DNA from: Felis catus
Lineage: Eukaryota
Assembly (NCBI RefSeq): GCF_018350175.1
Contig: NC_058382.1
Coordinates: 9,858,001-9,922,000 of the forward strand
Length of the DNA stretch: 64,000 nt
Reading direction: 5' to 3'
The position numbers were made by a program, and so were the translations under genes. The notes under the pieces are model-generated. The model searched no databases. It saw only the letters and a program-made list of their open reading frames with translations, and was not told where the DNA came from. Numbering within the stretch: the stretch's first letter is position 1; each line of letters opens with the position of its first letter. Positions 52,068 through 64,000 of this stretch are shown here, in pieces.

Positions 52068-52490
52068 TCATGCATTTCCAAATGGCCAGGCCTCACCCGG
52101 AGAGAGGGAGAGGGCATCAGCGTTGGGGGAAGTATTCAGCTCCGCCTCTTCACCCCAGTCAGACACGGGCTGGTGGCCCCCGAGGGGCGAGAAGGGGCTA
52201 GAAGGCGTGGCAGGGGCCGGGGGAAGTGGCAGGGGCTCCTCTGGCCTGGAAGGCTCTTTGTCAGCCTGCTCACCGGTGGGGCTTCCGGTGGGCGCAGCCT
52301 CTTGGGGTTGGTGGCCTTGGGCTGGTTCTTCTTCCTCCTCGATGGCCTCTTCCTCCTCCTCCCCCTCCTCCTCCTCCTCGATCTCCTCCTCCTCCTCACT
52401 CACATCTTCCCACTCCTCATCCTCCCCCTCGTCCTCCTCCCCGTCATCCTCAGGAGGCCGGTGGGCAGGAGGAGCTGGGGTCTCCAGCGG
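52068..52490 (-). CDS. CCDC9: CCDC9 exon 12 (acidic Glu-rich C-terminus)
   Basis: ccccacag|CCG ... PVSDWGEEAELN...GEAWPFGNA TGA. Confidence 0.93.
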   Translation of the reverse strand, partial: PLETPAPPAHRPPEDDGEEDEGEDEEWEDVSEEEEEIEEEEEGEEEEEAIEEEEEPAQGHQPQEAAPTGSPTGEQADKEPSRPEEPLPLPPAPATPSSPFSPLGGHQPVSDWGEEAELNTSPNADALSLSPGEAWPFGNA

Positions 52491-55400
52491 CTGTGGGGAG
52501 CACAGGGCAGGTCGGGGGAGCGGGCGTGGACCCGGAGCACCCCCACCCCCCTGCCCGGAGAGGACAGCCTGCCTCACCTGCACGGGCGTCTCCTCGGGGG
52601 GAGGGGGCTGTGGGGCCTCAGGGGCTGGGGATGCTGCCTCCTTCGTCTCCCAGCGGTCGTCATGGTCACTGGAGGGGACCAAGGAGAGGGGTGAGGCCCA
52701 GGTGGATGGGAAGGGGCTTCCCACCTCCAGATCCTCTCCGGAGAAGAGCTGCAAAATTCAACTCCGGGCGAGAGGGGGTTGTAGGTTTGCGGGTGAGGAC
52801 CCAGCATGCCGGAGCACTAATGAGGAAACGGCGGGTCTGTGTCCCCAGGTTATCAGGCACAGATAGATGGAGGGGGGCCAGGTGGCAGAAAAGAAGAGGG
52901 CGGACGAGGAGAGGGATGGGGGTAGAGCAGAGACGGAGGCCCCAACTCCCCAGAAGCAAGAGCCTGACCCACAAGAGAGAGACACGTACCCGAGAACGGA
53001 CAGGGACGAGACGGCAAAGACAAAGCCACACATACACATGTCAGGACAGCCAGGTCTAGAGCCACACGGCCCTGCTGCGAGTGGGGGGGCCTGCACACGC
53101 CAGGGGAAGGGGTGCCCCCACCTGTAGGCACGAGGGGCTGCCTTGGTCTGGGATCGGCTACCCTTCTTCCTCCTGCGGCTGACCTCCGCTTTGTGCTGGG
53201 ACAGGAACTCCCTGAAAGTGGGGGGCTTGGGGGGCCGAGCCCAGGCCTGATCATCTGCAACAGAAGCCGGGAGGGGTCAGGGATGGGGGGGGGCAGGGCA
53301 CAAACTAACCCCCTCGCCCGGCCCAGCCAGCGGCCCCACCCCACCCAAGGACACCCGCTCACCATAGCGATGGGATGGTTCGAGGGCAGCGGCTGGGCCA
53401 TCCTTGAACCTGGGGAGAAGAGAGAAGGGGGTGAGCAGGCAGCTTAACAGAAAGAAAAAATTCAGTATCTGACCCCCAAAACAAAAACTTCGAAAGCCCA
53501 TAATCCCCAGCTTCCAGTCAGGCCTGGCTTGCTAGCACTCCTACGACACCGCGCTCCTGCCTCAGGGCCTTTGCGCCCACTGCTCCTGGGGACACCTCCC
53601 CAGGCCATTCGGCGGCCGGCACCCTCACCTCCTCCAGGCTTCCGCTCAGACCCTCCTAAACCCCGGTCTAAAATAATCACATATTATTACACGCGCATCA
53701 CCCAAGTCTAAAAGAAGGGTCTCCATCCTTCTCCACGCTCCGTTGTTACTCATGAGCTGCCGCTGGGATCTATTCAGTGTCCACCTTTCCAACTAGAATC
53801 TAGGTCCCTTGAAGGCAGAAGCGGTTTTGTTCACTGTCGTGTCCCCATCCCCTAGAATCCCCACCACCCTTCGTGACACAGAGGAGGGACTCAATCCGCG
53901 TTTGCTGCCGAAATCAACGTACCCACGCGCTAACGAGGCGCGCTGCACGCTGCTTCGGGGGCTCGAGGAAGAACGATTACGTTCTCGTTCCCAACCCGGA
54001 GAACATCCCGCTAGAAGCCCGGCTGCCCGCACCTTAGAAGGATTCGCCACAACGTCTGTGCAGAGACCTCCTCACGCTTGCACCGGTCGGGCTCACGACC
54101 CACAGAGAAATGCTCAGACCACCCAGGCACACAGCCAACACTCTCTTTCTTCAGCCCGTGCCAGCGACAAAAGCGACAGGCGTGGAAACTTGCAAAGCAG
54201 CAAAGGGCGCGGGATGGCATGGAAAACTACAGCTGCGGGGGCGCCAGGGTGGCTCAGTCGGTTAAGCATCCGACTTCAGCCCAGGTCGTGGCCTCGCGAT
54301 TCGTGGGTTCGAGCTCCACATCGGGCTCCGTGCTGACAGCTCAGAGCCTGGGGCCTGCTTCGGATTCTGTGTCTCCCTCTCTCTGTTCCTCCCCCGCTCA
54401 CCCTCACTCTCTCTCTCTCAAAAATAAAGATTAAATAAATAAATAACATTAAAAACTTAAGTTTTTAATAGCAGTCTTTAGACTGCAATTGGCCAGCTCT
54501 CTGGTATGGAAGTTGGTCTTCTGGTCCGGGACACAAGGGTATAGCTTCGTTTTAAGTTGGGCTAACTGGATGTTTCCGGGGACCTCAAAGAGCACGGAGT
54601 CACATAAGGATACGAGTGCCGCCCGGATAAGGGGCTGGGTTGGTGGGGGACAGGCTGGTGAGGGAGGGGGGTGCGAAGGTCTAATCACTGTTAGCAGTTT
54701 CTCATGCCCTCCCCGTGCAGAATTTCCATCCGTGCCCTTGGCCGCGGGGCCGTGGCACCATCTACTAGGGCAGCTTAATCTCTGGCCCCAGTGACGCTGG
54801 GTCTGCTGCTACCAGAACGGACGTGCCTGCTCTCCCCTCCTGCTCATCTGCCAATGCCGTGACCAGCACCTCTCTGGAGAGCTGCTCCCTTCAGCCTGAA
54901 CCCCAGCACGAACCCACATGGAGCAGAACGGAGTTCCACCCGCATGGAGAAGCCAAGCCCAGCCGGACCCGCGGCCTACGGGGCCCGGCGTGGATCAGCC
55001 GAACCCAGCTGACCCGCAGACACGAGAAAGTGGTTTGACGTGCCGGGGATTTAGTGATGGTGACCTCGAACCCAACACACGGGGCGGGGCGCCAGAAGGC
55101 GACGGAGGCGTTAAGTCAGGGGTCAAGGTCGAGGGGCCAGAGAGGACACTCACATCCCATCTGTCTTCTCGGCATCCCACTCCCGCCGCCACTGGCCGGT
55201 GGGCTTGCGGTGTCTCTGCAGCCGCTCCTGGTCGATCTTCTCCCTCTCCTGCTTCCAGCGCAGGTACTCCGACCGCTCCCGGCCCGTCATGGACAGCGTC
55301 ATGTCGCCAGCGCCAGCCAGGCCGGCCCGGCGGCCCTGTCCCGCCCCGCAGACGGGCAGTCAGGGCCCCGAGCCACCGGCCAGCCTGCCCCCGTCTCTCC

Positions 55401-58400
55401 CCCAGGCCTGCTGTGCTCAAGGTCACACAAGGAGGTGACAGGCCAGAGATGCGAACGCGCGGTCTGCTCGTGTGGCACCTCCTCAGAGGCCATCCCAGAT
55501 CTTACCCCAAGCGGCAACCCGTCTCCACCCTCTACGCCCCCTCCCCTGCATTTTACGTCTGACGCTAGCTCACGCCTTACTATATGCTAGCTCGTTTAAG
55601 TAGCTCCCACCAGAATCAACCTCTTTAGGGCGGGGGCTTGGCCTTAAGACTCAGCTCCAGGGCGCCTGAGTGGCTCAGTCCTCAAGCACCTGACTTCAGC
55701 TCAGGTCAGGATTTCGCAGGCAGTGAGTTCGAGTCCCACATCGGGTGAGCACGAGCCCCACTTCATGGGAGCCCTGCTTCTCTCTCTCTCTCTTTCTGCC
55801 ACTTGCTCACTTGCTCCCTCTCTCTCCAAAAAAAAAAAAAAGAAAAACAAAGAAAAACAAAAAACAAAGACTCAGCCCCAGCACCCAAGGCCGTGCCCAG
55901 CACCCAGTGGGTCCCGGTAAACGTTCCTGACGATATGGAGAGAGGACGGGGCCGAGCACACCGGAGAGCCAGGAGGGGAGGGCGCTGCGGTGCCCACAAG
56001 GCAACGGACCATCGGCTTGGGGCTCAGAGACCGGGTGCGGAGGCTGGCCCTCCCTGCCCTGCTGTCTCGGTCAGGCCCGCGCAAACGTACGCCGCAGGAA
56101 GGATGGTGGCCAGGCCAGGGCGCCCCAGCACCCGGCACCCACCTGCCGCTCCTGCTCCAGGCCGCAGCGCACCCGCTCGAAGTCGGGTCCCCCCCAGTTG
56201 CGCCCGTGCCGGCGGCTGCCCTCCCGGCGGTCCCGCTCAGGCTCCTCCAGGGGCCCGCCGCGTCGCCGGGGGTCGTCCAGGAAGTTCCGCACCGGGTTGG
56301 GCTCCAGCACGCCTTCCTGTGGGCCCAGGGAGTGGGGGACGGGGTTGGCGGGCTCACGGGGGGCGGGGTGTGGCAGAGGGCCGCGCCGCGGGGACGCCCG
56401 GGGCACTGACCCGCTGGTTGCGCTCGTACTCCGCAATCTTCTCCATCTCCTCGTTCATCTTCTCGATGTTCTGCCGGCGCCGCTCCTCCCACTCCTAGGG
56501 GGTAAGAACACGGACACGGAAACACCGGGCCGTCAGGGAGACCCGCACAAGCCCACTGCTCGCTGGCATCCGGGCAGGAGGGGAGCCGCTGCCGGCCGGA
56601 GACTCCCTCCTTAGACAGGCCTGCTCTCGAAGGCCTGGGCCGGCATCTGGGACTTCGGCTCCCAGCAGGTTCTCGGTCAACGGCTAACTGAGAAAGGGGG
56701 CTCAGGGTGCCTCGACTCTCTGTGCAAACGACAGGTGTGCCCGGAATGCCGGCTTTCCTTCCGAGGTCTGGGATTTGGGTAGGCGCAAGGCAGAGGGGCC
56801 CCACAGGACCAGAGCCCGGTAAAAATCTTGGGCTCTTGGTCTCTAGCGAGTCCCCGGAAGACAGCCCGTCGTGTGGGTTGTCACGACTCAGCGCTGGAGG
56901 ACCCCCTCCCGTGTGACTCGGCCGGACGAGAACGCTTGGGGGCCTGCACCTGGCTCCCTCCAGACTCCGTCCCGCGTGCCTTGTCCCTCTGGTTTTGTTC
57001 TGTGCCCTTGCACCGTAATAAATCTTACCCGTCAAGCTCCCTGGGGAAACGCTGAACCTGGGGAAGGAGCCGGGGACCCCCACACACCCTGGCTGCCACA
57101 GAACTAATGACAGCAGTAACAGCAATTACTTGGCAGATGGCGAGGTGACCCCCCACAATCCCTTCTCCCCTTCTTCCATGGTAACGGAATTTCAGATAAG
57201 CACGCGGCCAGGTTGCTGGAGAGGACGTTTTCGTCCCCAGGGCTCGGCACACAGGAGACAGATAAGCTTCCGCTTGGTTTAAGCCATGGTATTCGGGGGT
57301 CTTTTACGTGACGGCAGCTTAGCGTGTACAAATGGTAAACAAACACCCGTGGGGCGCCTGGGTGGCTCCGTCAGTTAAGCATCCAATTTCGGCTCAGGTC
57401 ACCATCTCACGGTTCGTAAGCGTAAGTCCCGCTCCCAGCCCTGGACTCTCTCTCCCTCTCTCTGTCCCTCACGAGATTCTCTCTCTCTGCCCCTCGCTCA
57501 CGTGCTCGCGCTCTCTCTCTAAAACAAATAGGTAGACAGACAGATGAACATCCGTGAGTGACGTTCTTCCGACGCTTACTCTGAGGCTTTCAATGGCCTG
57601 CTGTTCACAGAACGCTCACCGGAACCTTTAAATCTGATTCTAGGACTCCCCCAAGAAGCTCCCACAGGGAAGGGAGCTGCCCAAGGACAGGGAAGTCATC
57701 GAACCAAGTTGAGCCCAAGTCCATGGTGCGCTGAGTCACTCTGCCCCGCAGCCCCCCGGCCTGCTAACCTCCGCATCGGGGCGGCAGAGCAGTCTCAGTA
57801 AGAACATCACTGCTCCCCACGAACAGATCCAGGGAGCGAGACAGACAGAAAAAGAGAGCCAAGGAGAGCGCGTGCACTGGAGAGAAGGAGCCAGAGAGAG
57901 GACAGAGACGGGGCAAGACACGGCGGGTGGCAAGGGTGCACCAGACACAGAGCAAAACAGGGGGAGATAAAAACACAGGGAGAGGACGCGGTCAGGAGTG
58001 GGGGAGGGAGGAGAGAGAGAACGAGCCGACGGAGGGGCGGAAGAAGACAGATGCAGAAAGCCGGTCCGTTTGCGGGCAGGAACGAGGCGAACGAGACCGG
58101 AAGCGCATCAGCCAGAGGACGCCAGCCCATCCCGGGCCCCACCTTGGATTTGCGGTCGGCAGTTGAGGCATCTCCGGCCCCAGACAGATGAGGGGACCCC
58201 CGGCCCCGGCCCCTCCGGCCGCGGCCCCCAGCTCCTCCTCGAGGCTGCTCCCCAGAACTGTCCTCCCAGTGACGGGCCACCCGGCCCACGCCTGCCCGGC
58301 CTCCCTGCTGGGGGAGGGGCCGGCCTCCCTTGCTGGCCCCCGGAGGCCGCGGGGTCCCAGGAGACCTCCGAGAGGGACCCAAGTTCTTCTCCTGCAAGAG

Positions 58401-60818
58401 GGAAGGGAGAAAAAAGTGCAGTCACTCAGATGAGGAGACGGGGACCCCCAAGCCCAAAGGGCAGCTGTGGGAGCAGAGGCCGCCCCCAGGGCTGGGGCGG
58501 CTGGGGCGGCTGGGGCAGAGAGGGGCGCTCTCCGGCCTCAGGTCTCAACTCTCATCGCCCGCCCCCCCGGCCCAATGAGTCGCCCAGCTCGGTGTGGAGC
58601 TCACCACCTCAACGGCCACGTTCTCCTTCTCCACCGAGCGGCCCTTCCGGGGCGCTGTCACCGCTACTCCCTCGAGTTCAGCTTTTTTACGGTCCTCCTC
58701 GATCTCCTAGGAGCAAACGTCAGCGGGAGGAGGTCGGCGGTCTTGGCACCAGCGGTATTCCCACAGCCGCCATGAACTTCCCCCAAGACCGGCCCCCACC
58801 TAGGCCTCTCTCCTGAGCTCCAGGCAAGAAAGCTGATCGCTTCGGCATCTTCCCCTAATCCGCACGACACTATTCCCGTGCTCAGAACCCCCCCTGCGGT
58901 ACCCAGCTCTGGGCAAGAGCCACAGCCTACGGGGCCCTACAGGGTCTGGCCGCGTTACCACCCTGACCTCATCTGCCACCCTCCCTCCCTCCCTCTCCCC
59001 CTGGCTCACTCTGCCCCCCTCAACGTTCCTAGAACACACCAGGCTCAACCCTGCCTCAGGGCCTTTGCACCAGCTGTTCCCTCTGCCCCCAGAGAGCCCT
59101 CAGCCTCTCACCTCCTCCAGGTTTCCGCTCCTGAAATGTCCCCTCCTCAGAGAGGCCTTCCCTGACCCACTAACAGAAACCACCTCCCCTGCCATTCTCC
59201 TGCCCCTTCTCCTGCTCAACTACCTGGCATCATGCGTATCTGGGTTATTGTCTGCTTTCCCCTCTGCAACCGAATCGGCCTGAGGGCAGGGGTACCTGTC
59301 TGTTTTGTCCACCGATGTACCCCCCCCAGCCTAGAACGCTTCGTGACACACAACAGAAATTCAATATGCTTTTGTTTTTTAAGTGAACGAATGCATGACA
59401 TGCGAATAAATGAAACCCACCCCTCCTCCTAAGTCCCGCCTCAGGCACAGCCCCACCACCTACTCCGTCCCTTCTGGTAAGGACCTGGACCTCATCCTGG
59501 CCCCGCCTTCCACCTCCCCTCCCCTCCCCCCACCACTGCCTGTCACGGAGTCCTCCCCACAGCCCTGTCCCTCCTCTCCCCGCGGAGGTCCCTGCCTCAG
59601 CTTCCTCCTGGGCCTCTGGCCTCCGGTCTCACCTCCTCCCGCTCAACAGCACACAGCAGCCAAAGAGCTCTTCCTAAAAAGCTACTCTGACCTGACCCCC
59701 CTCCTGCTCAAAACCCTCCAAGGTTCCCCAGTGCCCTCGAGAAAACGTACAAATTCTCGGCGTGGCGTGACCCCTGCTGACCTCCCTGGGTCAATATCCC
59801 TCCACTGACCTTCCCACGTGAAGTTTCAGGTTTCTTTTTTTTCCCTAAAGTTTATTTATTTGGGGGGTGGGGGGGTGGGCGTGGGGAAGAAGCGAGCAGG
59901 GGGAGGGACAGAGAGAGAGAGAATCCCAAGCAGTCTCCACACTGTCAGCACAGAGCCCCAACAGGGGGGCAGGGGGGCTCAAACCCACGAACCATGAGAT
60001 CACGACCTGAGCCGAAGCAGGATGTTTAACCAACTGAGCCACCCAGGCGCCCCCTAAGTGTCAAGTTTCTGCACAAACTAATCCCTCTGCTTAAAACATG
60101 CTCGCTTCTTCCCTTCGGCTAGCTTACTCACCCTTCAGGTATCAGAATCCTTTCCTCTAGGAAGCCCTCCCTAATATCCTCCAGACTGGGTGAAGACCCC
60201 CACTCTGGGCTCTCACAGACCCGTGAACTACCCAGCCCAGCCCACTCTGGGTCATCACTGCCTAAAGAAAGGTCTGTGCCCCTACTTGATGGCGAACTCC
60301 AGAAGGACAGGCCCAGGGCTGTCTCGGTCACAGCTATGTCCCTGACAACACTCAGCTCAGAGCCTGGCGGTAAAGACCTTGGTGGGTGTTCGTGAATGAA
60401 TGACGAATGGATGGAATGAAGGAAGGAATGGCCGGCTAAGGCCTTTGGCTTTGATCCTGAGAGTGATGGGAAGCCATGAAAAGGTTTTAAGGAAGGGAGA
60501 GGTGAGGGAAACTCACTGCGGGGAGGAGAGGGGATGGGGTCTCCCAGGACGGGGCTAGGGCACCTGGTAGCGCCGTATGAGGGCCTCGTTCTTTCGCCGA
60601 AGAGCTTCGATCCTCTTGTCCAAGTCGGCATCTTTCTCCTCTTTCGATTTCAGATCCAGTGTGGCTGACTAAGAAGGAGAGACAGCTGAGAGACAGCAAG
60701 GGAAACCTACACCCATCCCAGTGCATTCGATCCAGGGTCTGAGTCGTGGGTCCCCTCCTCCCAAGCTCCCTGCCCCAAAGCTCAGATTCCAGAGCCTCCC
60801 CACTTTCCATCTCACCAT
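52068..60818 (-). CDS. CCDC9: Coiled-coil domain-containing protein 9, canonical 530 aa (11 coding exons)
   Basis: Coding exons 60816-60818 (ATG), 60564-60668, 58605-58706, 58143-58391, 56411-56494, 56143-56316, 55154-55335, 53363-53409, 53122-53254, 52578-52668 and 52068-52490. All introns are GT-AG with consistent phases. Protein MSATLDLKSKEEKDADLDKRIEALRRKNEALIRRYQ...GEAWPFGNA. Confidence 0.95.
52578..52668 (-). CDS. CCDC9: CCDC9 exon 11
   Basis: (S)DHDDRWETKEAASP...TPVQ|gtgagg. Confidence 0.92.
53122..53254 (-). CDS. CCDC9: CCDC9 exon 10
   Basis: (D)DQAWARPPKPPTFREFLSQHK...PRAY(S)|gtgggg. Confidence 0.92.
53363..53409 (-). CDS. CCDC9: CCDC9 exon 9
   Basis: FKDGPAAALEPSHRY|gtgagc. Confidence 0.92.
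55154..55335 (-). CDS. CCDC9: CCDC9 exon 8
   Basis: GRRAGLAGAGDMTLSMTGRERSEYLRWKQEREKIDQERLQRHRKPTGQWRREWDAEKTDG|gtgagt. Confidence 0.93.
56143..56316 (-). CDS. CCDC9: CCDC9 exon 7
   Basis: EGVLEPNPVRNFLDDPRR...RHGRNWGGPDFERVRCGLEQERQ|gtgggt. Confidence 0.93.
56411..56494 (-). CDS. CCDC9: CCDC9 exon 6
   Basis: EWEERRRQNIEKMNEEMEKIAEYERNQR|gtcagt. Confidence 0.93.
58143..58391 (-). CDS. CCDC9: CCDC9 exon 5 (RG/RGG-rich)
   Basis: EKNLGPSRRSPGTPRPPG...GGRGRRGRGRGSPH...DRKSK|gtgggg. Confidence 0.93.
58605..58706 (-). CDS. CCDC9: CCDC9 exon 4
   Basis: EIEEDRKKAELEGVAVTAPRKGRSVEKENVAVEV|gtgagc. Confidence 0.93.
60564..60668 (-). CDS. CCDC9: CCDC9 exon 3
   Basis: ttcttag|SATLDLKSKEEKDADLDKRIEALRRKNEALIRRYQ|gtgccc. 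Confidence 0.93.
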
Positions 60819-60889
60819 TCCACTGGCTAGGTGGGGCCAGGGTCCCGGCAAACTTCCCCTGCAGAATCCGGACACAGCACCAGGGGTTC
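60816..60889 (-). other. CCDC9: CCDC9 exon 2 (71 nt of 5'UTR plus the initiator ATG)
   Basis: ctctgtcctcag| ... CCAGTGGAATG|gtgaga. Confidence 0.85.
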
Positions 60890-61589
60890 CTGAGGACAGA
60901 GGGAACGGAGCACTAAGGCCAATGACTCCCCAGTCTGCTTCCACCTCTCCTATACTGGGGGCTCCTCTCAAACACACATGCGCATTAACAATACCTGCAC
61001 CCCGAGGGGATTCTAGCCTTCATTTCCACTCTGTCTTAAAGGGCTAGCCTGCCCCTTACCTGCACAAATTTGGACTCCGCCACCTCCCATGGTTTGTGCC
61101 CACCCACTTGCTTCTTAGACACTAGAGTCACACCCACCTTGGGAAAAGTTCTGGCCCCACCCCACCGCTTAAGGAAACAGCCAACAATGCTCCCTTCCAA
61201 AGGAAGATTCCAATCCAGCCTCCACACCCCAGTGCTGGGAGTTTTAACCCAGACCTCCATCTCCAGAGAGCTTTAGATACATCCTCTCACCCCCCCAACC
61301 AGTACAAGAAAATTCTAGGCCCACCTTCCTGCGTCCATTCTGGTGCTGCTCCGTCCCTGTGAACACTCTAAATCCACCTCTCTCCCAGGGACGTGTCAGA
61401 ATCGTCCCATAACCCCACAGTCAAAACAAGCCCGATCTCCACGCCTATAGGCTGCCCTGACCCTGGGAGAACATTTTAAGCCCACGCCTCCAGCTTCCCG
61501 AGAAAGGTGCCGCTGGCTCCCCAACACCCCCGCCAGATTCCAAAAACAAGCCTGGTACCCAATGGCGAGGTTTCCCGGACCTGGCTCAA

Positions 61590-62840
61590 CCTCCCAGTGT
61601 ATACTTCCCCGCCCGGCGCAGACAGAACTTCCCGGCCCGCGCGCGGCTTTCCGGGGGTGGGGGGAAGCTCCAGCCTCAACCTGGTCCCGAAGGCCACGGC
61701 CCCGCCCCCCTCCAGGACTAACTTTCTGGCCCCGCCCCACCCGCTAGGCCTCAGACCCCGCCCGCCCGCGCGTCGTTAATCCGGCCCAGCTTCTGACTTT
61801 CCCAGCCAACCCTCTGACCCCACCCCCCCGGATCCCCGGACAGCCACCTGAACCCGCCCCCTGCTTCTCGCGTTATTACATGGGCCCCGCCCACGGCCCT
61901 CCAGCCAACACCCTGGCCCCGCCTCCGACTCGCCCGGCCAACCTCCCGGTCACGCCCCCTGCTTCCCAGCCCGGCCTCGTCGCTTCGAAACACGGTCCCG
62001 CCCCCTGCGCCCTCAGTCAGGGTTCTGGCTCCCGGGCCGGCTTTCGTGCCAACGCTCGGACGGCACCCCTGGGTCCCGCAAAACTTTCCGGTTGCACTCC
62101 CATCATTCTCCGCCAGCACCCTGGCCACGGCCCCCGCCACCCACAACTTTTTGGTCCCGCCCCGCCTTCGCGTCAGCCTCTGGATCCGCTCCTGACTTGC
62201 GGGCCGATGATCCGGACCCGCGGGAAGCTCAGGCAAAACTTTCTGGCCCCGCCCCCAGCACGTTCGGCCCGCGTCCCGGTCCCGCCCCCTAGCTCTCCGG
62301 GCAATATTTTGGCTCCGCCCCCGGCCCGGGCACAACTTTTCAGCCCCACCCTCTTCTACCCACCCACGCCCCGGCCCCGCCCACAGCTCGGCCCGCTCGG
62401 GTCCGGCCCACCCGCCGACGTCCCGCCCCGCCAGCGCCCCTCAAGCTTTCCATGTGGGCGTCCAGTCCCCGCCCCCCGCAGAGTACTCTGACCCCGCCTC
62501 CGCGGGCGGCTCGCTGCCGCGCCTGCACCCGCTCCCGTTCCCCCCACGTGGGGCGCCAGGCCCCGCCCTCTCCGGGCGTGCTCCCGGCCCCCTCCTCCGG
62601 TCACCTGTCCCGGAGACCCCGCGGCGTCGGCGACTCCGGCTCCGTCGGCCTCCGCGTCCGCAGCTCCCGGGCCGCGCGCGTCACTTCCGGTCCGCACCAC
62701 GTGAAGAGGGGAACGAAAGAGGATCACTTCCGGTCCTGCCGTCCCGTTTCCGGGAGTCTTAAAGGCGCCGCACCCCCCCCACCTCCCCCCCCCCCCTCCG
62801 TGGGTGGAAGCGGGAGTGTGTCTAGGTGGTACGCAAGGGT
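61590..62840 (-). promoter_or_regulatory. CCDC9: CCDC9 CpG-island promoter
   Basis: CpG-rich. Tandem ETS/GABPA motifs CACTTCCGG at 62682-62690 and 62725-62733, E-box CACGTG at 62698-62703, and many GC boxes. Confidence 0.85.
62605..62740 (-). other. CCDC9: CCDC9 non-coding exon 1
   Basis: Donor GGACAG|gtgacc at 62604 inside the CpG island; TSS approximate. Confidence 0.7.
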
Positions 62841-63803
62841 GTTCTGGAAGCTTTACTCAACTTCGTTGGGCCTAGATGACCTTCTTCCAGGGTAAGGAGA
62901 CACCGTCCTCTCTCTGGTCTCTACCTGCTGCCTCTTTTCTGGTTCCAGTAAATAGGTACTAGGCACTGGGCAATAATTCCTGGAAGCCTGACCCACCAGG
63001 CTTGTGCTGGGTGGGTGGGGAATCCCTCACCCTCCTGCCAAGGAAACCTTAGAGTTTCAATCTTTCTTTCATTCTCTAAATTTGCATTGAGTGCCAGGGC
63101 CAGAGGGTGGGGGGAAGGGGGTGTGCTTGGGGAGGGGAGGACTCCGGCATGAACAAGGCAGACCCCATCCCTTCCCTCATGAGGGAAGGCACAAGTAAAT
63201 GTGAGATACCACAAACAGAAGCGTGGGAGGTTCCTTGCAGAGGGGCAGGAGGAGAGGGCTTAGGGTGAGGGGGTGGGGGGGTCCAGGCAGAGAACACACA
63301 GCCTGTGCAAAGGCCCTGTGGTGAGTGAGCTTAGCGCCTTCCAGGAACTGCAAGACGCTCACTGAGAGATCCGGATGTGGCTGCAGACTCCAGGAGGTTC
63401 CATGCATTAACCAAAACGCCAACGTGATAAACCTATCATTACACGTCATACAAAATTTGACCGTTGAAGTGGGCAGACCGGATCCCCTGAGGTCACTGGT
63501 AATTTTATTTTGTGATTTAAACTGTGGAAAGTGGAAGTACCTGCGAATCCCTTGCCCCTTATAAGGTTACAGTTAACAACCCTTCAGAGACCTTCTCTAC
63601 ACATACAACTGAGTTCTCTTACAACTCCCCAAATACCTGCCAAACCTACCGCACGACTGCTTTGCTTGTTCATTCAGATGTCACCTGCACTTAGGGGCCT
63701 GCGTTCAAACCGCCTGTTTGAAAGTTGCAAAACTCCCCATCCCTTTCAATCTTTCCACTTTATTTTTCCATTTTATTGTTCGCCCTCTAAACTACCAAAT
63801 GTT

Positions 63804-64000
63804 GGGGCGCCTGGGTGGCTCAGTCAGTTAAGCGTCTGACTTCGGCTCAGGTCATGATCTCACAGTTCGTGGGTTCAAGCCCCGCATGAGGCTCTGTGCC
63901 TGCTTCAGATTCTGTGTCGCCCTCTCTCTCCGCTCCTCCCCTGCTCTCTCTCTCTGTCTCTCTCAAAAATGAATAAACATTAAAAAATAATAATAATTAA
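63804..64000 (+). mobile_element. Can-SINE with an internal deletion
   Basis: SINE head, CT-rich region and A-rich tail reaching the window end. Confidence 0.85.

Noticed and set aside
55872-57125. 417-aa minus-strand ORF with a hydrophobic N-terminus
   Set aside because: Spans CCDC9 introns and exons out of frame, has a non-ATG start, and is low-complexity GC-rich sequence.
61325-61356. Possible ATG-containing cassette exon in CCDC9 intron 1
   Set aside because: Weak acceptor and its ATG would be out of frame with CCDC9; no support without RNA data.

Overview
Mammalian genomic DNA, almost certainly a felid (cat-type Can-SINE/SINEC_Fc copies throughout), syntenic to human 19q13.32. All genes are on the minus strand in the order (right to left) CCDC9 -> INAFM1 -> C5AR1 -> C5AR2 -> DHX34. 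CCDC9 has 12 exons and a 530-aa canonical form, plus alternative downstream terminal exons. INAFM1 is 144 aa in one coding exon. C5AR1 is an ATG-only exon 1 plus a large exon 2 (351 aa). C5AR2 is 337 aa. Only the CpG-island promoter and first non-coding exon of DHX34 are present. Intergenic and intronic DNA is dominated by roughly 60-70 Can-SINE copies or fragments plus L1, L2, MIR, MLT1 and MER remnants; most short ORFs in the track are repeat or GC artefacts. I see no convincing wholly new biological system. The most interesting observations are: (1) a cascade of competing splice/poly(A) choices at the CCDC9 3' end, whose most distal form has no visible poly(A) hexamer before that of INAFM1 (possible CCDC9-INAFM1 read-through transcript); (2) a tailless 5S rRNA retropseudogene with a clean target-site duplication; (3) retention of the TM5 tryptophan (human W213) in C5AR1; (4) SINE-donated poly(A) signals in the C5AR1 3'UTR; (5) candidate CTCF sites around the C5a-receptor pair. 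Gene names and comparisons to human or mouse are from recall, not from database searches.
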